Source: Lama glama | Taxonomy: Eukaryota | Assembly (NCBI GenBank): GCA_028534125.1 | Contig: CM052818.1 | Coordinates: 44,952,001-45,016,000 of the forward strand | DNA: 64,000 bases | Reading direction: 5' to 3' | In this document: piece by piece, positions 15,001-27,000 of the stretch | Layout of the letters: every line of letters begins with the position of its first letter | Position numbering within the stretch: position 1 is the stretch's first letter | Made by a program: the position numbers and the translations under genes | The notes under the pieces: generated by a model | The model's input: the letters and a program-made list of their open reading frames with translations, nothing else | Told to the model about the DNA's origin: nothing | The model's database searches: none

Positions 15001-18000
15001 ATTTGGAAAAAGAGAAAATCATGAAAGAGCTGGAGATCAAGGAGATGATGGCTAGACACAAACAGGAGCTCACTGAAAAAGATGCTACAATTGCATCTGT
15101 AAGTGCAATTCTTGGTTCTTTTTTGTTGTAATTAAATTACTATATCATAAATCTTCCTTAGAAGTAGCAGGAAAGTAACACGGATCTAAGTGAAAAGCTT
15201 GTCTGTGCAGGGTACCAGGTGTTTGACCGAGTTAATAACCTCAGTGCTGTTTGGCAGCGAGAGGCTCAGAAAAGAACTTATAATGGCTTCATCTGTTGGT
15301 AAATTCATAGTTAAAGGACTATAGTGAGAGGAAAATATCAAAAGTAGAAAACAATTTCAGTCATTTTTTTCTTGTTAAATCAGCCTTAGTTTGAAAGAAT
15401 CTTGAAACTACATGAAGATAGTCATATGTAGGTTGAAAAAAAACTGCAACAAAAATTTCAAAGAGAAGTAAAATATCACGTAGTTGAGTTTGCCTTGTCA
15501 GTTAATCCAGATCGATTGAAATGCTACAGTAATTAAAAAGTTTGGTATTAGAACAGGGATATTTAGTCCTGTTCAGTGGAAGTGAGTAGGGAGTCCAGAA
15601 GTAGATTTGTGCACATACAGGAACCTGGTGTATGATGGAAGCGGCAATATACAAATCAGTGGGAAAGGATACAGATTTTGGAATAATTGTATCTTTATGA
15701 GGTAAGGAATGAAATTAGATTCTCAGTATCTTTTACCACATACAAAAGTGAATTCTAGCTATCTTAAGAACCTAATATGAAAAATGAAAACTTTATTAGA
15801 ATGGAATCCAAAATATACTCATAACAGATGATAACAAGTAAATTACAGGGCAAGGTATGGTATTTGTAATATACTTATTAAACAAGGGATTAGTACCCAG
15901 AATGTATGTGGAATCCTGCAATTCAACAAGAAAAAAAGTTAAACAATCCAAAAGAAAATTGGCCAAAAGAGAAAACTTGAAAATATGAGCAGATGCTTAA
16001 CTACACTGCTCTTAAGAAAAGGCTGGATAAAATAACTTTGAAATATTATTTCAGATCCATCACATTGGCAAAAATTCAGTATCTGACCACTTTCAAATGT
16101 TTGAAGGATGTCTAGAAAATGACATTTTCTACTGTCAGAAGTGTAAATATAGTATGGCATAGTATAGTAATAGTATGGCAATTTTCAGTAAATTTTAAAT
16201 ATTCATATAATCCAAAGAAAGTCCACATTAAGATAAATGTGCTAGAGAAATTCAGGCACAGTATTCCTAGCAGCATAAACGTTTGTAATAGCAAAAATTC
16301 AAATGTTATATTAATAGATGAATGAATGGATAAATGAAATGTAATAGAAAATAAAACAGTCAGTTAAAATGAATCAGTTGGGTCTTTATATATATCAGCA
16401 GTTTACTTCTTAATATAATGTTGAGTGAAAGCAATTACAGAAAGATGAATACAATATGATGCTGTTTATGAGAAGTTTAAAATCACATAAAACTGCATTG
16501 TATTGTTTCATGTGTGTGTAATAAAAGTACACCGTCATGGATGGGAAGGATGAACACATAATTCACAATAAAATTTCCTTCAGAAAGGACGAAGAGGAAT
16601 AGAATTTGGAGAGAATACCAGGGAATGTCAACTTTCTTAGTAAAACTTTATTTTCTGTGTGAAATGTTCTGAAAGAAAATTACAGTTTTAAAATTTGTTT
16701 ATTCTGCATGATGGAATGCAGAGCTTTGTTATAGTATTTGCCTTTTTTAGTTTATTAAATGTTGTTCTCATTTAAAATACTGCTAAGGATTTGTGAGAGA
16801 AGGGCAGTGTTTTTGGCTTTCTGGGGTGCATACGAAGTAAGCCTGTTAGGTTAGCAAAATTTTCATCAAGAGTGAAGTTTGGGAAGGTAGCACAAAGGCG
16901 AGAAGTATAAAGGTAGATGTAGTTAGGAAAACAGGATTCTTAACGTTCTAGGATATTTACATTTTGAATAATTGCTTTATAACCTAAAAATCTGTAAATT
17001 AGGATATGATTATTTTTCCACTTTCATTTCCTAGCTTGAAGAAACTAATAGGACACTAACTAGTGATGTTGCCAATCTTGCAAATGAGAAAGAAGAGTTA
17101 AATAACAAATTGAAAGATGCCCAAGAGCGTATGTATTAACAAAGAATGAAGTTTATTTTCAATGTACTAGTGCTTGTCAGTTGCTGAACTGTCAGTATAA
17201 TTTTTATATTTTTCTGTGTTTCAGAACTGTCAAGGTTGAAGGATGAAGAAATAAGTGCAGCAGCTATTAAAGCACAATTTGAGAAGCAGCTATTAACAGA
17301 GAGAACACTCAAAACTCAAGTGTGTATATTATAAGCTCTGAATATGATTTTGTACTTTTTTTCAGTTTACCTCTTTTACATTTGTAGTGTTACAGGTTGG
17401 CTGTAGCAGTCACGGATTGCATCAGTATTTGTCAGTATTAATCAGATAGAATTATCTGAGCTTTACTGGGTGGGGAGAAGCTAAATTTGATTAACACTGT
17501 TGAGTTCAGTGTTTATTGAAGTTGTTAATTTTTCCATATGGAATCACATTCTTTCCTCATTTTTTATTATAATGTGGTAAGTTTTTCTGCTTTTAAGAGA
17601 CTAGAGAATGACCATTTGCTGAGGGCCTGAAAAAGGATCACTCTGAAAAGGCACCTGTGATTACTGACCATCTCTCTTTCAGCCCTCATGACTTTATACA
17701 CAGAGTGAATACTTGTGGGTCCAAGATGCTCTGCTTTGTGGTTGGACATGTTGCATTTTATTAAGGTGATGCCAGTGTAAAGCTCTCTTCTTCTAGGATA
17801 AAAGATCTACCTAGTAAAAGTCTCTTGTAACTACACATGCATAGTGGTAGCAAGTGACATTAGAGTGAACCTGTAAATGTTTTAAATTACAGTTCTCAGA
17901 AAAACTGAGAACAAAAAGCTAAGAGTGTTGGTTGGAAAAGAATAATGAGTAGTGAAGAAGGTGTATTTTTTAACATAGAAAATGTTTCTTTGTGGCCCTG

Positions 18001-21000
18001 TGCGTAGGGAAGGAGGTTTTATAACTTGCTGTTGGTGAGTTATCAAGAAACCATTAATTATTATTTTTATTAATTTTATTTATTTACGTACTTATTTTTA
18101 TGTCTTTAAGGCTGTGAATAAGTTGGCTGAGATCATGAATCGGAAAGAACCTGTCAAACGTGGTAGTGACACAGATGTGCGGAGAAAAGAGAAGGAGAAT
18201 AGAAAGCTACATATGGAGCTTAAATCTGAACGTGAGAAACTGACGCAGCAGATGATCAAGTATCAGAAAGAACTGAATGAAATGCAGGCTGTAAGAATAC
18301 TTTTTGGACTCTAGGTTAAAGACTTCTTTTTAAAGAAGTAGAATCATTTTCATGTCTCTATGTATTTTATTGATTATGAACGTTTCTATTAACAATTATA
18401 GTAACCTTTCCTTATCCAAGGGAGATATGTTCCAGAACCCCGAGTGGATGCCTGAAACCACGGATAGTACTGAACCCTATACTTACTGTTTTTCCTGTGC
18501 CGAGGGGTGGGTAGCATATACAGTGTGGAAAAGCTGGACAAAGGGATGATTAACATCCTAGACGGGTCAGAGCTGGGCAATGTGAGCTTTCATCACACTA
18601 CTCAGAATGACGTGCAATTTAAAAGTTATGAATTATTTATTTCTAGAATTTCCCATTTAATATTTTCAGACTACGGTTGACCTCGGATAACTGAAACCGT
18701 GGAAAGTGAAATCTTGGATAAGGGAGGGACTACCGTATTACTGAACTAAGAAAATTGAGATGTATGGCATCCAGTTAATTTAACATAATTCAATTTCTTG
18801 TAGCAAATAGCTGAAGAGAGCCAGATTCGAATTGAACTGCAGATGACACTGGACAGTAAAGACAGTGACATTGAGCAGCTGCGGTCCCAGCTCCAAGCCT
18901 TGCATATTGGTCTGGATAGTTCCAGTATAGGCAGTGGACCAGGGGATGCTGAAGCAGATGATGGGTTCCCAGGTACAGATTTATTTTCAGCCCTTATGTT
19001 GACGTTTATTAAAGGTCTTTTGTCTAAAATATAAATCAGTTGATTGTTTTAAGCCCTGTGACTGACTTTGCTCTTGAGGAAAAATGTTTGTCATTTCTTT
19101 CAGAGAAACCTACTCCTTAGAGTAGAGATTCAAATGACAAGTTTAAACTTACTTTATTTATTGATTTTTCACGAAAGTTTTGATAAAAATGCAAAAATAA
19201 CTTCTACATACTTAGTTATTTAAATTAGCTCTGTATATTATAGGCATCTCTCTTTTTAAGCTTTCATTTTGTTTTTTCTTAACTTCTTTCTGCATTCTTA
19301 CTTCCTTTTATGTTGGGTGTTCAGTTCATATCACTCAGTCACACACTATGGAATCCATGTCATTCACCTACCAACGTTCCTCTACTTCTCTCAATATTGC
19401 CACTAAGCCTTCCAGTTCTCATATGCTTCTTGACTCTGATTCTGACTCAGAAGAAGAATCTGTGCATTATTTACCTATTTCATCGGAATCTAATGGTACA
19501 GGTGATAGTCTGAAAATATTTCCACCTCTGGGGTTTTTTCCCACTACCCTTAATTTCAGTCCTTTGGAAAAATTTTTGTAATATTAACTAATATTCACTA
19601 ACTCTAACAAGTTGCTCAGATAACAAGTCCCAGTTAAAAAGAAACTGCTGCATGAACAAAGAATTTGATTTTTAAGGTATTTTGTTTCACATGGCACTGC
19701 TATTGCAATTGATTTATTTTGTCAACTTACAAGAAAAATGGAACAGTACTTTATATCATTTAAGAATGTATGATTTCACTGCTTGTCTCGCCCATTTTTA
19801 ACCAAGAAGAAATTCTTTCTAAAGTTTCATGTAAAGAGTGACAGAAAAAGCATGTAGACTGTTTTAGAGGATGTGTTTAGGTTCTCACTGAGTGCTTACC
19901 TAGTCAACATTGTGCTAAGCTTAAAAAAAAAGTACTTGATCCTTGTCCTGAAAGGACTTATAGTTTAAACGAAAAAAACCAGATGGAAGACCTATAAAAT
20001 TATTAGGTTTAACACAAAGTTACTATGAGTACAAAAAAAAGTTTAAGGTATATGCTACAGGAAATTGGTGTATAAGCAGTTGAATGTAAAGTAAAATTTA
20101 GTCTATTGGTTGAATTCAAAGTAACTATTTATTTACATTGTTGTCACATTTCCCTGTTATAGATCAGTATAAATCCCAGGTATAAATCATAAGTGATTGT
20201 ATTTAAGTTGTTTTAGAGCTTAGCAATAAAATTACTTCACTCGTACCCATATTGTTAGAGGTCATCTGATTAGTCCCTTAAACTGGTGTAGGACCATGTC
20301 CAGACAGTTTGAGTATGAGTCTGTTTTTAATGACAGCATTTCTGTTCATGGAGTCTGAAAGGTTACTGATGTGAGAGTATAGGCCCTGGAGTCAGAGACC
20401 TGTCCCTGTGTGAGCTTTCTGTGGGGTTGTTGTGAAGATTAAAGAAAGCTCATGTAAAGCATCTAGCTCTGTTCAGACACATAGCGTATGTTAAATAAGT
20501 GATAACTACTTTTATTATTAGAATAACTTCTAAAATGCTATTTCACTTAATTATTTCATAAAAATATACTGATCAAATACCATTAGAACAAATTCTAAGG
20601 ATTGAGTTTCCTCTGTTGAACTAGAATTTTATGGCTTCTAATATTTTGGAATTTAGGAATCTTTTGGTTATATTGCTGCCTATTAGCCAGATTTGATCTG
20701 CAATTTATACAATTTTATTTTGTTTTATTATAGCCATTCTAAAAGTATATTTTCTCTGAACACATAAGTATTCACTTACAATGTTTCCTCTTCAAAGAAG
20801 ATGTGCACTGTATCTGTAGTTAGACCTTCTTCCAAAGGGAAAAATAAAGGATTCTAACACAGGTGTGCAAATGAGAATAGAGAGCTGCTTCTCTTCTTTG
20901 CAACTTTTCTGCGGAATTTTGCAAATGCATGAATTTAATCAATGGGGCATTTGACTTTGTAAACTACAGAATATGTATTTCCAATGTGATATAACTTGGA

Positions 21001-24000
21001 TTTTGTTTGCATTGCATAACTTGCTTGATTCTGCATTATTACTATATTTTAGATAATGTGTACAATGATAAATTCTGAAGGGCGTATTTGTTTTGTGACT
21101 TTAATATTAAATTTTTATTAAATTCCTCTTTTTTAAGGAACCTTACTATATTTATCCTCATATCTTGTGCTTATTCATAGAATCAAGACTAGAAGGATGG
21201 CTTTCATTGCCTGTGCGAAACAACACTAAGAAATTCGGATGGGTTAAAAAGGTAATTGGTACTTCTGAAGATGGTTTTGCTTTTGGCTTAACTACAGCCA
21301 TATCACTTTTGTAATTATAAGATATATATATATATAAAACTAGAACTTTTAAGCACATAAAACTTGTTTGTACTTTCTAATTTGGCATGACATAATTTTA
21401 TGTATCTTTGTAAAAAAAAACAAACTTTTATCATTAACATGTTATTAATAATAAAGCAGGTTTTGTTGTTAGGAAAATAGAAGCCTGTTGATCTTGGTGC
21501 CTTTGCTGTTTCAGTGGGAAAACAGCTTTGGCTCTAATGGAAAGACCCACTTACTTCTTTTCCTGTTACTATGATTAGTGGTATTATGATGTTTACTTTT
21601 TGAATAAGGGTCTTTAGGTTGCCATAACAAAATGCCACAGACTGAGTAACTTATGAACAACAGAAATTTATTTCTCACAGTTCTGGAGGCTGGAAGTCCA
21701 AGATCAGGGTGCCAGCTTGGTGGGGTTCCGGTGAAGGCCTTCCAGGTTGCAGACTTCTTGCTCTGTCCTCATGGTGGAAAGAGTGGGGATTTCTCTGGAA
21801 CCTCTTATTCAAGCTATAGCAATAAGGCTCTATGCCATTGGATCCTGAAGCTAAATCAGTCCAAAAAATGCTTGAATTTTATTTCTTCCCCAGTTTGCTT
21901 ATTTAAAATATATATGGGAGTGGAGAGTATAGCTCAGTGGTAGAATGCATGCTTAGCATACACAAGGTCCTGGTTCAATCCCCAGCACCTCCAAAAAAAG
22001 TAAAATACGTACAAACAAAATTTACTGTTATTTTGAGGAAGAGTTTTTCACAAATACATTAAGATAACTTTTTAGGTATTTAAGTATTTTAAATGATTTT
22101 TATTGCTAATATAGACTTTATTTTCAAAGGAAATAAGATATATATTAACTTTAATCATTGCTTAATTCTTTTCCTCCCTCTTTTTAACAGTATGTGATTG
22201 TGAGTAGTAAGAAGATCCTTTTCTATGACAGTGAACAAGATAAAGAACAATCTAATCCTTACATGGTTTTAGATATAGAGTAAGTATTTTTATTAGAATA
22301 TTTAGGAACTTCATCTTTTAAAGTGTAAGGTAGCACTGTGACCTTTTTGTCAAATTAGTGTAATTTATTAGTCATATGGTATATGGATATACTCACGTAG
22401 TATGCTCCCATACTGTACATACAGTATCTCCTATACGATCATTACATTTTCTTACATTTGCTTAATACAGATGAAAGTCTGGGATATAGAGTTAGCTAAA
22501 ACATTTTTATTTCATGGGTCTTCACTGTGTTGGTTTCTGAAACTAATTAGAAAATTTCTGACTTACTGGAAATTCCTCAAAATCTCAAGAAGTGATTAAA
22601 TTTATAGAGCAAGATATTCTCTGACTTTCTAACAAGGGCCAAAGTAGTCAATTTTAATTTCTGATGTAAGTATAGGGTAACTAATATAATTTGATCCTTT
22701 GTAATATTTTATTCCTTTCTTAAAAATCTTTTATAGCAAATTATTTCATGTACGACCAGTTACACAGACAGATGTATATAGAGCAGATGCTAAAGAAATC
22801 CCAAGGATATTCCAGGTAAACACAGTTTGTCTTGCAATTGGTTTGCTTTGTTGTTTTTTTCACTTCTATATATTCTCAGCATGACATGACATAACAAATT
22901 TCTTTATTCTTGGGCCTTTTTAAGATTATCTTTCAGTTTTAGTCCCATGTACAATGGTTCGTTCTTTTGTGACTTTCCTGTTTGAATGCATCTTAATTCT
23001 TCTCCACATTTTACTTGTTAAATTAAAGTCTGTAGTGTGTTTATATCATATTTCTAACCTTTGCTATTCTTTTGCTCAAGATTGGTTATAACATTTTTTA
23101 AGCATGAACTTTGGTTTTATGCTTAACTCTCTAGAAAGTTAAAAAAGTTGCTTTGTAAAGTTAAATATTGCACCCAGTATCCCTTTTACTTCCAATTTTA
23201 AAATGAAGCCAAATTCTTCCCATTATTACTTCCATTTTAAAATCAGTCAAACCAACAATTAGTTATTGGATTCCTTCTGCATAAAAGCCATTGTGTTTGG
23301 TGTACTGTGGGGAAGTTGGCTGCTTATTTTCTGGATGCTTATACTGTTTATTTGGAGTGAATTAAACATCCTTTCCTCTTTTCTTTCTTCCTCAATTCTC
23401 CAAATACAAATCTTTTCAATTAAAGCTGTATTTGCAGTTATCTCCCAGTTCTGTTTTGAGAATCATAAAATACCCATTCATAAAATTGCCATATCTCTTC
23501 AGGTGGTTATTTTGAACACTCCTGCCCAGAAAAATGTTTTGACCCTCATCAAGTACAGATTTACCTTATGCTGGCCTATTGTGATAAAATTGCTAAAACA
23601 GAGGAAGATAGCATGGAGAAAAATAAGGAAGCTCTGTTTGAACAGGATCAGTTCTTTTGAAATGTGAACCAAAGTGACTAATGACTTTTCTCATATGTGC
23701 TCTTGATTAGGACCTACTAACATTTTGAATGCCAGATGCATTTTCTTCTCATTGAATAGCTTAGGCTAGTTCCTTTTTTTTTTTTTAGGTACATTATTGG
23801 TTTAATTATTTGCCAGAATCTCCCCGTATCTATTATTTACTTCTGTGTTAAAATGTTAGGCACTGTGTGATTAATTTTGGTTTAGTTCATTTTTTTTTTA
23901 AATTGAGTTATAGTCAGTTTACAATGTTGTGCCAGTTTTTGGTGTACAGCATAGTTTTTCGGTCATACATGAATATACATATATTCGTTTTCATATTCTT

Positions 24001-27000
24001 TTTCACCATGAGCTACTGCAAGATCTTGACTATATTTCCATGTGCTATACAGTATAAACTTGTTCATCTATTCTTTATATATACCTGTCAGTATCTATAA
24101 ATCTGGAACTCCCAGTCTGTCCTTACCTGCGCCCCCCCACCACTAGGCTAATTTCACTTACACTATAAGAATTATTACATACAAAATAACTTATGTTTGA
24201 AAATCGTTGATTGTTCTTTTTGGTGTTTCTAGATTTTGTATGCCAATGAAGGAGAAAGTAAGAAGGAACAAGAATTTCCAGTGGAGCCAGTGGGAGAAAA
24301 GTCAAATTACATTTGCCACAAAGGACATGAATTTATTCCCACTCTCTATCATTTCCCAACCAACTGTGAGGCATGTATGAAGCCATTATGGCATATGTTT
24401 AAACCTCCTCCTGCTTTAGAGTGCCGTCGCTGCCATATTAAATGTCATAAAGATCACATGGATAAAAAGGAGGAAATTATAGCACCTTGCAAAGGTAAAT
24501 AGTAAATTACCTGCTCCATCAATATGATTTATGTTCAGATCATTTTAAACATACTAATTTTTTTCAAATATTTCTTTATAGTGTATTACGATATTTCATC
24601 GGCAAAGAACCTATTGTTATTAGCAAATTCTACAGAAGAGCAGCAAAAGTGGGTTAGTCGGCTAGTGAAAAAAATACCTAAGAAGCCTCCAGCTCCAGAC
24701 CCTTTTGCACGGTCCTCTCCTAGAACTTCAATGAAGATACAACAAAACCAGTCTATTAGACGGCCAAGTCGACAGCTTGCCCCGAACAAACCAAGGTAAT
24801 AAATACAAACATGTTAAAAATTAAAGTGTTTTTAAAAATATTTTGCTACTTATGCTCAAATTACAAACTTTCCTAGTTACAGTTGTCCTTTGCTTGGTAT
24901 TTTCATGATCTGTGGAATACCAGACATTTGAAACGATTTCAGTGTTCATGTCTCGTTCATTGATTCAGATGTATGTAATAGAAATTTACTTACTCAATCA
25001 CACACATATATAAAAATCAACCAAAAATGTATAAAGGGCTCATTTTGTCATGTTTATATATATATAATTACAATATTTTAGGATTTTATAAGCACATTGA
25101 CTTAATTGATTATAGTAGATAGGATGCACACACAGTCCTTTCCGTGTCAGGTACACGCGTTGTTTTCCAATATTGCAAGCCTCTTAAACCTCTTTTATGT
25201 TAGATGACTTGAGGTCAGGACTGAAATCTTAAGTCTTAATTCAAATCTGTAAGTTTAAAATAATACCTTGTCTAGGATTTAAAGAGCAATGTAGATAAGC
25301 TTTAAAAATTCAAATGTTAATTAATGGGTATCATGGGCATTTCTTGTAATTGAAGTGGCGTTGGAAATATGGAGTAAGTTTAGAGGTGATTATTATTGCA
25401 CAAAAACATTTTGGTGGAGCCATTTTCAAATAACTACATTATAATAATATTTTATTCAGAATAACCATTTCATGGCTTACTAGCTAATGCAGTATTTATA
25501 AATACATATTGGTATTCATTGAAATGAGCATGAAGATTTGGTTAGCTAAAGAGTAAAGTGTACACTTAGATCCAGGATCTAATTTCAGGTGTCCTTTTTG
25601 TTCCCTAACACAGGATGTTCAGTATATGAGTAACAATGTGCATTGGCTGCATTACCAGAAATCTTTGCATTCTAACCACATCTTATATGAAACTTTTCTT
25701 GAAACTAATATCTCAAGGAAATAATCTAAAATGACAAAGGTAGAATTAGTGTTTCAACAGTGAAAATGTTTTGAGTTTTTGTGTGTGGTATGATAAAATT
25801 AAATACTATAGAATTAGCGATTATATGAGAGTAATTCAACTGAAGAAACTCAAAGAATTCAGAGACGCCAAAGGTCCTTCCATGTACCTTATGCAAAACA
25901 TCTAAAAGTTAAATTTCTATTGTTAATATTGTAGAACAATTAATGCATAACTGCCAAGCTCACCTATAGATAATTTTCTTGCCCCCCCAATTCAGCATTA
26001 TGGTCTATTTGAAAGCACATTTACTTTTGATTTTTGTTACTTTTTTTTTTTTTTTTAGTTCTGGGCCTGCCCTTCGAATCATTCTTCATTGATTTTTTTA
26101 ATACATTTTGCATAGCAACAGTAAGTAATAGGGATTTTTTTCCACAACTATGCATGAAGATAAAACTAATATCAAAACTGACTGTAAAATGTATAGGGAA
26201 TTGGTTTGAAATTTTTTAACCTAATATGCTTTTTGAAGTTTTAAATGTAAAGATAGGCACATTTGAAATATGATTTGGTATTTTATTATGCCTCTGTAAC
26301 ATTACTTCCATGGCTTTTAACATCTGTGCCTCCATTGCTTCATTAACTCATAAAATTGTATCTGTGTCTGTCCTCATATGAATAACCCTACAGTTTGCAT
26401 TCTGTTTTGGTTGTCACATTTTAAGAGTAGCATACACAAATTAGAGGTTATTTAGAAGAGAATTATGGAGGAAGTAGTGGGTCATTTGGACATTTGAAGA
26501 TGTTTACACATGTAGCAAGTGAAGGAACTAGATATTTTGGTCTTCTGAGGAAATGATTTGAAAGGACAGGCGATCATAAGTAACAATGAAGATTTAAAGG
26601 ATTTTTCCTCGGAAGAACTAAGCAGAGAGGCACATTTTAAACTCAGCAGGAAAAAATTATCAAGCAATCAGATTTACAAAACTGGAAGAATTGGCTTGCT
26701 CTGGAACAGTGATTACCCTGTGTCCACAGGTTTACACCTGACTCAGGTGACTGCTTGGCAGAGTGGTTGAGGGGCAGTGCTCCTCAGTGTGTCAGTGTGT
26801 GTGCAATCTGACGTGGAGGAGCTTGGTTCTAGAGGAGGCTCGAGCATTGGACTGTGGGTGACCTTTATTATCCTACTCATTTATAACATACTTCTGTAGA
26901 CAAATGGGTAGAGCTTTAAAGAATTGTCCAAGAAAACCTAGAAACAGAATTTCTGGTGTGTATCACCAGTAATTTAATATCTAGCTCTTCATTTGTGTTT

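Noticed and set aside
21916..21999. tRNA-like sequence with A and B boxes
   Set aside because: Has an A tail, a TSD and three diverged copies in the window; it is a SINE, not a tRNA gene.
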